From an uncultured Gammaproteobacteria bacterium (GTDB lineage: Bacteria; Patescibacteriota; Patescibacteriia; Patescibacteriales; UBA12465): a DNA stretch of 64,000 bases. Made by a program: the position numbers and the translations under genes. Below the pieces are notes generated by a model, which was not told the DNA's origin, did no database searches, and saw nothing but the letters and a program-made list of their open reading frames with translations. This document shows, one piece after another, positions 1 to 8,825 of the stretch (positions are counted from its first letter, which is position 1; the number at the start of each line of letters is the position of its first letter). The stretch lies in assembly GCA_964470695.1 (NCBI GenBank), contig CAYYDR010000001.1, positions 401,997-465,996 of the forward strand, read 5' to 3'.

Positions 1-54
1 AGCAGATGCGGCGATTGTAACGAATAGCATGATAAGCAACATTGTCTTTTTCAT
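1..54 (-). CDS. N-terminus of a secreted or membrane protein; partial, continues off the left edge
   Basis: The reverse strand reads GAGGAccacATG then MKKTMLLIMLFVTIAASA, i.e. an SD-like GAGGA followed by a signal-peptide-like start. Only 18 codons are visible. Confidence 0.45.
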   Translation of the reverse strand, partial: MKKTMLLIMLFVTIAASA

Positions 55-219
55 GTGGTCCTCTTATGGGTTGATGGTTGATTTATTTTTTATTTTAAAA
101 AAGAACTTAGTTTAATAGATTATATTGCCATATATAATAAATTTTGTAAACAGTTGAAATTCTAGCCTTTAGGGCTAGAATATATCCATATTATAAGCTA
201 ACTATGTTATAATTTTATC

Positions 220-690
220 ATGCTAGATATTACCATCATCGCGGTCGGAAAATTAAAAGAAAAATATTTTCAAACTGCTTTTGCGGAATACGAAAAACGT
301 CTGCGTCCTTACGCTCGCCTTAAAGTAGTAGGGCTGCCGTCCGCGCCTTTTTCTAAATCTACTAAAGCTCAGGCTAAAAGATTTGAAGGCGAGACTATAG
401 AAAAATATTTAGTCAAGGCGGAAAAGGAAAATAATCCGGCCGTGGTTTATCTGCTGGCGGAGCGGGGCAAGATTTTTTCTTCACCGGATTTTGCGTCCTG
501 GCTGGTTAAGAAGCAGCCGCTTATATTAATAGTCGGCGGGGCTCTCGGATTCAGCGATGAGCTTTATGAAAAATATCCGCAAATTTCTTTATCGCCCCTT
601 ACTTTTCCGCACGAATTAGCGCGCGTTGTCCTTATTGAGCAGATTTATCGCGCCGCTACTATTCTTAGTAATAAAGAATATAATTATTAA
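220..690 (+). CDS. rlmH: 23S rRNA (pseudouridine1915-N3)-methyltransferase RlmH (SPOUT family)
   Basis: 156-aa ORF. 'IIAVGKLKEKY..YEKRL' and 'LILIVGGALGFS...LSPLTFPHELARVVLIEQIYRA' fit the RlmH pattern and size. Confidence 0.85.
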   Translation: MLDITIIAVGKLKEKYFQTAFAEYEKRLRPYARLKVVGLPSAPFSKSTKAQAKRFEGETIEKYLVKAEKENNPAVVYLLAERGKIFSSPDFASWLVKKQPLILIVGGALGFSDELYEKYPQISLSPLTFPHELARVVLIEQIYRAATILSNKEYNY

Positions 691-707
691 AAATATTTAT
701 TAAAAGT

Positions 708-1595
708 ATGTCCGTCGCTAAAGATAAGCCCAAGATTAAATTTAAGACTAAATCCGGGGCTAAGTCCAAGACTAGGTCTGAGACTAAATCCGAGACTAAG
801 TCAGGACCCGGGATTAATCAGTTAACTAGGGAATTATCCTCGTACGCCAATAAGCCTCAGGCCGCTATTTTACAGCGTTTTTTTAAGACTGGACCGGGCC
901 AGTATGGGGCCGGAGACCGGTTTTTAGGCCTAAAAGTGCCTCTCCAGCGTCAAATAGCTCAGAAATATAGGGAATTAGACCTAAAGGGGATTAAAACGCT
1001 TCTGGCTAGTAAAATTCACGAATTTCGTTTGGTTGGTTTGCTAATTTTAGTTGAACAATATGAAAAGGCTAAAAATTGGCCGGAAAAGAAAAAAATTGTT
1101 GATTTTTATCTAAAAAATACCAAGGGAATAAATAATTGGGACTTGGTTGATTTATCTGTTTATAAAATCTTGGGAGATTTTCTCTTGGGACAGGAAAAAG
1201 CAATAATTAAGGGGGCTAGGGCTTTATCTAAGGGGGCGGTACATATTATTAGAGAGGCTGGCGCCATATCTTTAGAGTCAAAAAAAATATTGACTAAGCT
1301 GTCTGAATCTAAAAACCTTTGGGAAAGGCGTATGGCTATGGTCGCTACTTATGCTTTTATTAAAGCTGGATATTATAAAGAAACTTTCTCTTTAGCTAAA
1401 AAACTCCTAAAAGATGAGCACGATCTTATTCATAAAGCAGTCGGCTGGATGCTAAGAGAGGCTGGTAAGAGAGTTAGCCGAGATAAGCTGCGGGAATTTT
1501 TAAATGAACACCATCGTTTGATGCCTCGGACGGCCCTGCGTTACGCCATAGAACATTTACCGGCTCCGGAGCGGGAGCACTATCTGGCTAAATAA
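708..1595 (+). CDS. DNA alkylation repair protein (AlkC/AlkD-like HEAT-repeat family) with a K/S/T-rich N-terminal tail
   Basis: 'LQRFFKTGPGQYGAGDRFLGLKVP' and 'HDLIHKAVGWMLREAGK' are typical of the DNA alkylation repair enzyme family. The N-terminus has low-complexity KSxTKS repeats. Confidence 0.7.
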   Translation: MSVAKDKPKIKFKTKSGAKSKTRSETKSETKSGPGINQLTRELSSYANKPQAAILQRFFKTGPGQYGAGDRFLGLKVPLQRQIAQKYRELDLKGIKTLLASKIHEFRLVGLLILVEQYEKAKNWPEKKKIVDFYLKNTKGINNWDLVDLSVYKILGDFLLGQEKAIIKGARALSKGAVHIIREAGAISLESKKILTKLSESKNLWERRMAMVATYAFIKAGYYKETFSLAKKLLKDEHDLIHKAVGWMLREAGKRVSRDKLREFLNEHHRLMPRTALRYAIEHLPAPEREHYLAK

Positions 1596-1675
1596 GTCTC
1601 GGGCAGGCCGATTTTTATTGTGGTTTTTTAAGGAAGTGCTATAATATCAATTACGAATTATTAATTATTAATTTT

Positions 1676-2536
1676 ATGTCTGAAGAAAATATGAAAAAAT
1701 GTTGCGGTGGTAAATCCGGAGCTTGTTGCGAAGACAAGTCTGGAAATTGTTGTGATGATAAAACGGGCGCTTGCTGCGACCATGGTCATGGCCATAAGTT
1801 GTTTCGCTCCATCACGGTTATGCTCGGTTTAGTTCTTTTAGCGGCCATTATTATTACCGCTATTTTACGCGATCGCATTGTTAATCAGCAGTTTAAAAGT
1901 GTTACTGTCACGGGTCAGGGGAAGGTGGCTTATACACCTGATTTAGCTATTGTGACTTTAGGCGTTCAAATTGATAAAGTTTCTAAACCGGAGGATGCCT
2001 TGAATCAGCTTAATACTAAGGTAGCTAGTATAATGGAGGCTGTTAAAAAAGCGGGTATTGCTCCTGAAAATATCCAGACTCAGAATTATTCCTTGTACCC
2101 CCAGTATGATTATAAGGATAATGTTTCAACCGTCTCCGGCTATAATGCTAATGAGCAGTTAGTAATTAAAGTGGTCGGCTACGATAAAGATCAAAATAAA
2201 TTATCTCAGGTAATCGCCGCTGCCTCTAAGGCGGGCGCTAATCAGGTTAATAATTTAGCTTTTGACGCCTCTAACCTAAATGATTTAAAGCAACAGGCCC
2301 GCGTTAAAGCGATTGAAGATGCTAAGGCAAAAAGCTCGGTTTTAGCGACCACGGCTGGCGTGGAACTAAAAGATATTACTGGCTGGTACGAAAATTTTGT
2401 TAATCCGGTGCCGATGTATTCAACTGATTACGCGAGCGGTAAAGGTGGCATGGGCGCAGGAGCCGCTTCTCCCTTAACTCCTTCTGGCGACCGAGAAGTA
2501 GTAATTGAAATTGGGGTAACTTATAATATTAAATAA
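1676..2536 (+). CDS. SIMPL-domain (DUF541) single-pass membrane protein with a Cys-rich cytoplasmic N-terminus
   Basis: One TM helix (LFRSITVMLGLVLLAAIIITAIL). The C-terminal 'LAIVTLGVQ...QNYSLYPQY...NANEQLVIKV...ARVKAIEDAKAKS' is SIMPL-like. The N-terminus carries four CC pairs followed by HGHGH. Confidence 0.7.
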   Translation: MSEENMKKCCGGKSGACCEDKSGNCCDDKTGACCDHGHGHKLFRSITVMLGLVLLAAIIITAILRDRIVNQQFKSVTVTGQGKVAYTPDLAIVTLGVQIDKVSKPEDALNQLNTKVASIMEAVKKAGIAPENIQTQNYSLYPQYDYKDNVSTVSGYNANEQLVIKVVGYDKDQNKLSQVIAAASKAGANQVNNLAFDASNLNDLKQQARVKAIEDAKAKSSVLATTAGVELKDITGWYENFVNPVPMYSTDYASGKGGMGAGAASPLTPSGDREVVIEIGVTYNIK

Positions 2537-2599
2537 AATTTTAATTAAAATATAAACCAGCCGGAAATATATTTCCGGATAATATTTCAATAACTAATT

Positions 2600-5068
2600 A
2601 TGAACGGAAATGGCAATTCGGACTCTAACCGTAACCCCTTAGCAGGTAAAACGGTCTTGATAGTTAACACGTCAGGGGCTAACGACCCGCTCCATTCTAA
2701 AAAGCTTTTCGTCAAGAAAGTAAAAAATTTAGGACTAAAAATATTAATCCTTAGCAAAGAAGCTAATACTTTTCAGCCTTATGTTGATTATTGTGTTTCT
2801 GCTGACACCCTGAATTATGCTGAAGCGATGCTTACTTTGGATAATTGGCTTAAAAATAACCCCGCTATTAAGTTAGATGGGGTTGTTACTTTTTTAGAGG
2901 ACGATGTTTTGTTGACCGCCAAGATCGCTGATAAGTATAAGCTTATTAACACGCCGTATAAGGTTGCCAATCATGTTCGTAATAAATATGCTTTTCGGGA
3001 ATTCTGTGTTAATAATGGCTTGCCTACCGTCAAATTTAGAGAGTTAAAGAATAATAAGGACTTAGAAGAAGTTGCTAAGCTATTTAGTTTTCCACTCGTT
3101 GTTAAGCCGGCCTATGGCGCGGCTAGTGCTTTCGTAGTAAAGGTTAATAATGAGGAGGAACTCAGGGAGAGCTATAATTATATTAAGAAAGATATTTCGC
3201 CCAAGGTAGAATCAGCCCTTAATGATGGTCTAGATGTTTTTGTGGAAGAATATATTGACGGCGATGAGGTGGACTTAGATATATTGATTCAGAACGGAAA
3301 AATAAAATTTTGCGCGATTAGTGATAATGGCAAGACTAAAGAGCCATTTTTTATTGAAACAACCCGCATCACCCCGTCTAATTTGCCAGCTAAGAATCAG
3401 GCCGAACTTCTCGCCATGGCTGATGAAACTCTGGAGAAATTAGGGGTTTTAAACGGCTGCATTCATTTTGAGGCTAAGTCAACTCCGCGCGGTCCAGTTC
3501 CTTTAGAAATAAATTTACGCCTGGGCGGTGATGAAATATTTCCTAGCATTAAAGGCGCCTGGCATGTTGATTTAGTGGAGAATCTGCTTAAGATTGCCTG
3601 CGGTATTTATATCCCTAAATTTGATTTTCCGGACGGCCCTTATGAATATTTAATTGCCCAGACTTTTTCTTCTGATTATTCTGGTATTATTGTTAACTTA
3701 GAAATTAACGAAGATTTACGGCGTCGTCCTTATGTTAAGGAATTCCAGTTTGAAAAGAAAATAGGCGACTCAGTTTTATCGCCGCCAGATGGTTATGAAT
3801 ATCTGGGTTGGATTTTAGTATCCGGCTCTAATCCTCTTGATGCTCAAGATAATTTGCATGAAGCGGAAAAAGCGGTTAACTATGAAATTGCCAAGTTTCA
3901 TCCCGCCTCTTCTATCGGTAAAACGACTCGCCGTTCGCCCTTTTCCGTCTCGGCGATTAACCTGGATATTCTAAAGCGCGGCTCTAAGATTGAAAAAATC
4001 CGCCGCATGGCGATTTCTAATCAACGCAATCTACATGTGGGAATTGCTTGTAATTTATATGAAGAGAATGCCGCTGATCAGGAAGTCGTAGTGGAAAATG
4101 ATTTAACGGTTATTGGCAAGGATATTGAGAAGACTTTAAAAGAGCGCGGTTATAAGATTAGTTTTTTTGATTTTAATGACCTGCCTAAGGCTTTTAATGA
4201 TTTACGAAATAGCGACGTTGATTTAGTATTTAATGTCTGCGAGCGCATTAATAATTCAAGCTTGTTAGAACCGCACGTCGCCTCAATTTTAGATACGCTG
4301 CAAATTCCTTATACCGGCTCTAATCCTTTTACCCTCGGTCTTTGTATTGATAAAATTAGAGTCAAAAAATTACTCAGTTATCATAAAATTCCTACCCCAG
4401 AATGGGATTATGTCTATTCTATGGACGATGACATCCGTGATGATTTACGTTACCCGCTTATTGTTAAGCCGGCTAATACGGATAATTCTATTGGCATTAC
4501 TAATGACTCCGTCGTTCGCAATAAAGAGGAGTTAAATCGCCAGCTAGAAAAAGTCTTAAAAGAAATCGGCCGGCCAGCTCTAATTGAAGAATATATTGAT
4601 GGCGATGAATATGATGTACCGATTATCGGTTCGGAAGACGATGACTTGCGTATTCTGCCTTTAGCGCGGTCTATCTTTGATAATTTACCTGAAAACCTTT
4701 GGCATATTTATCCCTTTGAGTCTAAATATACTGATGGTGGAGAGTATAATAAAATTGTGGTCCAGCGTCCGCCTAAGAATATTAATAAAAAATTAGAAGC
4801 TCTTTTAGGCGAAATCGCGCTAGATACTTATAATATTTTAGATTGCCATGACTACGGCCGCATTGAAATCAGGGTTGATAAGAATAATAACCCCTATGTT
4901 TTGGAGCTTAACCCCAATCCGTCTTTAGACGCGGAGGGAACTTTTTCGGCTTCGGCCGAGGTTATCGGCTTGGATTACGGCGATTTTTTGGAAGAAATAA
5001 TCCGTTTAGCCATTAAGCGCTATAAGGATAATCCGCCCTATTATCATCTGCAGCCGAACGTGATGTAA
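2600..5068 (+). CDS. Fusion of two ATP-grasp ligase modules: an N-terminal L-amino-acid-ligase-like half and a C-terminal D-Ala-D-Ala-ligase-like half
   Basis: The 822-aa ORF has two separate ATP-grasp signatures: 'FPLVVKPAYGAASAFVVKV...EEYIDGDEVDLDIL...LEINLRLGGDEI' and 'YPLIVKPANTDNSIGI...EEYIDGDEYDVPIIG...YVLELNPNPSL'. Confidence 0.7.
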   Translation: MNGNGNSDSNRNPLAGKTVLIVNTSGANDPLHSKKLFVKKVKNLGLKILILSKEANTFQPYVDYCVSADTLNYAEAMLTLDNWLKNNPAIKLDGVVTFLEDDVLLTAKIADKYKLINTPYKVANHVRNKYAFREFCVNNGLPTVKFRELKNNKDLEEVAKLFSFPLVVKPAYGAASAFVVKVNNEEELRESYNYIKKDISPKVESALNDGLDVFVEEYIDGDEVDLDILIQNGKIKFCAISDNGKTKEPFFIETTRITPSNLPAKNQAELLAMADETLEKLGVLNGCIHFEAKSTPRGPVPLEINLRLGGDEIFPSIKGAWHVDLVENLLKIACGIYIPKFDFPDGPYEYLIAQTFSSDYSGIIVNLEINEDLRRRPYVKEFQFEKKIGDSVLSPPDGYEYLGWILVSGSNPLDAQDNLHEAEKAVNYEIAKFHPASSIGKTTRRSPFSVSAINLDILKRGSKIEKIRRMAISNQRNLHVGIACNLYEENAADQEVVVENDLTVIGKDIEKTLKERGYKISFFDFNDLPKAFNDLRNSDVDLVFNVCERINNSSLLEPHVASILDTLQIPYTGSNPFTLGLCIDKIRVKKLLSYHKIPTPEWDYVYSMDDDIRDDLRYPLIVKPANTDNSIGITNDSVVRNKEELNRQLEKVLKEIGRPALIEEYIDGDEYDVPIIGSEDDDLRILPLARSIFDNLPENLWHIYPFESKYTDGGEYNKIVVQRPPKNINKKLEALLGEIALDTYNILDCHDYGRIEIRVDKNNNPYVLELNPNPSLDAEGTFSASAEVIGLDYGDFLEEIIRLAIKRYKDNPPYYHLQPNVM

Positions 5069-5071
5069 TTT

Positions 5072-6001
5072 ATGATAGAGATTAGAGAAACAACCGACTT
5101 AAAAGAGGCGGAAAAGTTATGGCGTTCTTTATCGCCTCATAAGACTATTTTTGACGAATGGGACTGGCGTTATTGTTTTTATAAATACAATCCTCATCCT
5201 TTAAGATTTATGGCTGCCTATGAGACGGGTGGCGGTAAGGGGGCGGGTGGAGATAAAGCAGAATTGGTTGGTCTTTTGCCTTTAGCGCGCCATCCTAAAT
5301 ATGGCTTAGAGTTTTTGGCCGAAGATCCTTGTGAAGAGAACCGTTTATTTATCAAACCAGGGCGAGAGGATGTTATTCCTATTTTATACGAAGCAGTTGA
5401 TGAGCCGGCCAAATGTTATGATATAACCGGTGACGATGAGTTTACTAGAAACTTACCGTTAGAAGACTATAAATATATTCTTCCTTTGCAGGGGATAAAT
5501 TCTTTTTCAGATTTTTTAAATAGCCGTTTATCATCTAAGCGCCGCCGTTCGCTAGCTAAAGAATTAGAGGAATTAGAGAAGATTTCTCCAGAATCTTTAC
5601 TGGTAGATAAGGGGCAGTGGCCGGAGTATTTAGAATTATTGTTTCGTTTCAATACGGATAACTTCGCCGGCGAGTCTTATTTAATTGAGAATGAACAGGC
5701 CGCTTGGCGAGATTTACTCAAGCTGTCTTTTAATTGGCGCTTTATAGCCGTCAAAATAAAAAGCGAAGTTCAGGCGGTATCATTAAGTGTTTTTTATAAA
5801 GGAGAGTGGCATTATTTAATTACGGGGGTGAATTTTAAGGATTGGCCGGGGCTAGGGAAATATTTAGTTAAAGTAAATATAGAAGCGGCTATTTTGGCTC
5901 AGGCAGAAATATTTGATGCTGGCTTGGGTGACTGCGGCTGGAAGCATCTTTGGCATTTTGATAGAATTCCGCAGCATGAGTTTAGAAAATTAGTTGATTA
6001 A
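5072..6001 (+). CDS. FemAB/CelD-like GNAT acyltransferase (Acetyltransf_6-like)
   Basis: The start lies 3 nt after the ATP-grasp stop. 'SKRRRSLAKELEELEK' and the C-terminal 'FDAGLGDCGWKHLW' resemble the CelD/BioF2-like GNAT family. Confidence 0.55.
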   Translation: MIEIRETTDLKEAEKLWRSLSPHKTIFDEWDWRYCFYKYNPHPLRFMAAYETGGGKGAGGDKAELVGLLPLARHPKYGLEFLAEDPCEENRLFIKPGREDVIPILYEAVDEPAKCYDITGDDEFTRNLPLEDYKYILPLQGINSFSDFLNSRLSSKRRRSLAKELEELEKISPESLLVDKGQWPEYLELLFRFNTDNFAGESYLIENEQAAWRDLLKLSFNWRFIAVKIKSEVQAVSLSVFYKGEWHYLITGVNFKDWPGLGKYLVKVNIEAAILAQAEIFDAGLGDCGWKHLWHFDRIPQHEFRKLVD

Positions 6002-6761
6002 TAATTTTAAAACTATGTTTCTGATATCGGATGAATATTATCAAATTAAAACTACTAATAAAAAGGGCCGGGGAGTTTTTGCTAGGCGGGAAATTTCGGC
6101 CGGCACTATCATCGGCGATTATTTAGGATTGGTAATTAAAGATGAAGAAATAGACGGTAAAGAGAAAAAACATGGCAACTCTTGCTATGCTATGGATTAT
6201 AATGATAATGGTTTGTCTATTTTTCCGGCTGATGTGAAAGCGGTTGGTATCCATCTCATTAACCATTCTTGTTCGCCTAACTGTGACGCCTATTTTTATT
6301 ATGGCCATACCTTATATTTTGCTTTGCGTCGTATTTGGCCGGGTGAAGAAATAACAGTTGATTACGGATTTGATGCGGAGGGAAGTCAGGACAAAGAATT
6401 GCTTCATCCTTGTTTTTGCGGCAGTCCATTTTGTCGCGGCACTATGTATACTAATGAGGCGAGACTTAAGCTTTACGGTCGGTTCTGTCGTCAGGAAACT
6501 AAGGGTCAAAAGTTTAAAGCATTATCCGCTGGTCAGATACTGCCTCCTTTAAGTAAATATCCGAGAGTCATAAAAGATAATAATATTTTTAATTTATTCG
6601 CGAATTTAGAAAAAAAATCAGTAAGCTATAACGATAGTAGAATGCCCTCGTTATCAGAATTAAGAAAGCGTTTACGTTCTAGCGGTCGCCCCTTAAGTTT
6701 TAAGAGGTTAGGGGTAAGTATTTTAGCTATAATAGACGGCCGTTTTGTCGCTGGAAAGTAA
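5994..6761 (+). CDS. SET-domain protein-lysine methyltransferase with a post-SET Cys cluster
   Basis: 'GRGVFARREISAGTIIGDY', 'INHSCSPNC', 'GEEITVDYGF' and 'CFCGSPFCRG' are present. It overlaps the upstream gene by 8 nt, so translational coupling is likely. Confidence 0.8.
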   Translation: MINNFKTMFLISDEYYQIKTTNKKGRGVFARREISAGTIIGDYLGLVIKDEEIDGKEKKHGNSCYAMDYNDNGLSIFPADVKAVGIHLINHSCSPNCDAYFYYGHTLYFALRRIWPGEEITVDYGFDAEGSQDKELLHPCFCGSPFCRGTMYTNEARLKLYGRFCRQETKGQKFKALSAGQILPPLSKYPRVIKDNNIFNLFANLEKKSVSYNDSRMPSLSELRKRLRSSGRPLSFKRLGVSILAIIDGRFVAGK

Positions 6762-6775
6762 AAAAGGCCGGTATA

Positions 6776-6805
6776 TTGGCATGTTTTTATTAGGTGTGCT
6801 ATAAT
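6776..6805 (+). promoter_or_regulatory. Sigma-70-type promoter: TTGGCA, 18-nt spacer, TGcTATAAT
   Basis: TTGGCA at 6776-6781 and an extended -10 TGCTATAAT at 6797-6805. It sits ~165 nt upstream of the hup ATG. Confidence 0.45.
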
Positions 6806-6969
6806 ATACTTATAAACATTGAGTAATTTAAAAAGGGCTGTGTAAAAAGCCCGCCAATATTGAATAAAAGCTTATTAATTAATTTTAATTATAAAATTAT
6901 TTTTTAAAATTGGCTTTGTTATTAAAGGATTTAATTATTCTTTATTAATAATTCCCATGCAAAAAAATT

Positions 6970-7251
6970 ATGTCAAAAATGACCAAATCACAGATGATCG
7001 CTGGCTTAGCAGAAGCAACCGGCTTAAGCAAAAAAGAGACTGGCGCTTTCATGGATCAGTTAGCGGAATTAGTTTACAAAGAAGTTAAGAAGAACGGCGA
7101 ATGCATCGTTCCTGGCTTCGGTAAATTAGTAAAGGCTAAGAGAAAGGCTCGTGAAGGCCGCAATCCAGCGACTGGCGAAACCATTAAGATACCGGCTAAG
7201 ACAGTTGTAAAATTCCGCTTAGCTAAGGCTGTTAAGGACACTGTTCTATAG
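6970..7251 (+). CDS. hup: DNA-binding protein HU
   Basis: 93 aa. 'GFGKLVKAKRKAREGRNPATGETIKIPAKTVVKFRLAKAVKD' is the canonical HU/IHF arm. Confidence 0.9.
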   Translation: MSKMTKSQMIAGLAEATGLSKKETGAFMDQLAELVYKEVKKNGECIVPGFGKLVKAKRKAREGRNPATGETIKIPAKTVVKFRLAKAVKDTVL

Positions 7252-7336
7252 TATTAGTTTGTTAGTAGTTTGTTCCATAGGCCTCGCTTCGGCTTAGTCT
7301 ATGGTATAGATTTAGGAAACAATTTCGTTTCTCAAT

Positions 7337-7371
7337 AAAAAAAACATCCTGTCGGAATCCAGGGTGTTTTT
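7337..7371. terminator. Bidirectional intrinsic terminator between hup (+) and the HTH gene (-)
   Basis: A 9-bp stem AACATCCTG/CAGGGTGTT is flanked by an A-run and a T-run. Confidence 0.6.
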
Positions 7372-7665
7372 TTATTTCCATTCTTTGACATATTGGCCGA
7401 GGCCGAAGTCCTTAAGCTTATTATAAAGTTTAGTATTCTTATTTAGGAAGGATAGAAGGGAGCCTAGTTCTATTTGGTAGCGATTCTTGACTATTTTATA
7501 TTTAAGGTTAGGGTCGGATTTTATAGCCCGGCGTATAGTCTTCCCGGTAATTCCGCCTAAGCCAGCCGCCTCAGAAACAGAAAGCCAGATAGGGGACTTA
7601 ACCTCAATAGTGGTTTTTAAGTTAAAGTCTAGCGGTTTGATTATTTGGGTATCTTTTTCTTGCAT
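7372..7665 (-). CDS. Small helix-turn-helix DNA-binding protein (excisionase/MerR-like HTH)
   Basis: 'WLSVSEAAGLGGITGKTIRRAIKS' is an HTH. A minus-strand TATAAT (7679-7674) lies only 8 nt before the ATG, so the mRNA is near-leaderless. Confidence 0.6.
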   Translation of the reverse strand: MQEKDTQIIKPLDFNLKTTIEVKSPIWLSVSEAAGLGGITGKTIRRAIKSDPNLKYKIVKNRYQIELGSLLSFLNKNTKLYNKLKDFGLGQYVKEWK

Positions 7666-7685
7666 TTAGGTAAATTATAGTATTT

Positions 7686-7874
7686 AAGTCTAATATATTG
7701 TAGACTTATATAATAAAATTAGCTAATAAAAAAGTAAAATTATACTTAAGTCTAATTTAATATAGACTTAAATCTATATAATAAAAGTAAAAATGTCAAA
7801 TAATCTATGTTTAAAGATTAGGTCAGCCCTAACTAAAAATAATTTTTTAGTTAAGTCCAAATATGGATAGACTT
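7686..7874. promoter_or_regulatory. Array of three palindromic operator-like sites, AAGTCYA-N8-TAGACTT
   Basis: AAGTCTA-N8-TAGACTT occurs at 7686-7707 and 7748-7769, and AAGTCCA-N8-TAGACTT at 7853-7874. The last site abuts an extra half-site (AAGTCTT, 7875-7881). Confidence 0.6.
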
Positions 7875-8202
7875 AAGTCTTAATATATTAGTCCTTTCTA
7901 TTTAAAAGTCAAGGATTTATAAAATATTTATTAGGGTTCGTTTAGAAGAAAAATAGATCTGAATTAATAAGAAATAGGGGCCGGGTTTAAAGATAAATAA
8001 GGCAAGAAATAATGCTGGTTGGCGTACTATATTATGTTGCTTTTCAATATTTATTGTGTTAATATATTTATAATAATTGAAAGATAATTTTGGGGTGGCG
8101 GGCCGATGATTTCCCGTTATTTTTTGTTAAGATGAGTTAACGCTTTTTTAGTGTATAGAAATTGGTTGTTTAGCAAATTAATGTAATTGATTATTCAAGA
8201 AA

Positions 8203-8793
8203 ATGCCTAGTTTAGTCCAAAAATTTAAAGATAAGCAAGCTCTTAGCCGCCTTAAAAGCCGCGATAAAGAGGCTTTTATTGCTGTTTATGATGCCCATGT
8301 TAAGGATATTCATCGTTTTGTTTATTTTAAAATAGGGAACAAGGAGGAGGCTAATGATCTAACCTCAATGATATTTTTAAAGGCCTGGAATCATATTCAA
8401 AATAAGACTTTAGAGGATGCTAAAACTTTGCGCGCTTTACTTTATAAAATTGCCAGAACATCCATTATTGACTATTATCGCGAGACCGGAAATAAGTTAG
8501 TTGCGTCTTTAGATGATGAGGAGAATAAGATAGAGGTTGTGGATAACACTATTAATCCCCAGGAGCGCTTAGATCAGGAGTCCGATTTAGATCTGATTAA
8601 GAGTAAGCTGCCACTATTAAAAGAAGAGTATAGGGAAGTTATAGTGATGAAGTTTATCAATGATTTGACCCTTGAAGAAATAGCTGAAATTAGCGGAAAA
8701 ACCAAGGGAAATGTCAGAGTTTTGTTGCATCGCGCCCTGAACGCTTTAAGAGAGCTAGTGGAAAAAGGTGAAGGAAAGAATCAGGAACTGTAA
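8203..8793 (+). CDS. ECF-type sigma-70 family RNA polymerase sigma factor
   Basis: Region 2 ('FIAVYDAHVKDIHRFVYFKIG..EEANDLTSMIFLKAW') and region 4 ('REVIVMKFINDLTLEEIAEISGKTKGNVRVLLHRALNALR'). Confidence 0.8.
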   Translation: MPSLVQKFKDKQALSRLKSRDKEAFIAVYDAHVKDIHRFVYFKIGNKEEANDLTSMIFLKAWNHIQNKTLEDAKTLRALLYKIARTSIIDYYRETGNKLVASLDDEENKIEVVDNTINPQERLDQESDLDLIKSKLPLLKEEYREVIVMKFINDLTLEEIAEISGKTKGNVRVLLHRALNALRELVEKGEGKNQEL

Positions 8794-8825
8794 CAATTTA
8801 GCGGATACTACGTATATTAAGGTGT

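Noticed and set aside
4347-6552. Short nested ORFs within the ATP-grasp, GNAT and SET genes (4347-4535, 5218-5412, 5467-5652, 6123-6308, 6312-6509, 6358-6552).
   Set aside because: All overlap longer ORFs that carry clear domain motifs, and none has a recognisable motif of its own. They are treated as frame artefacts.
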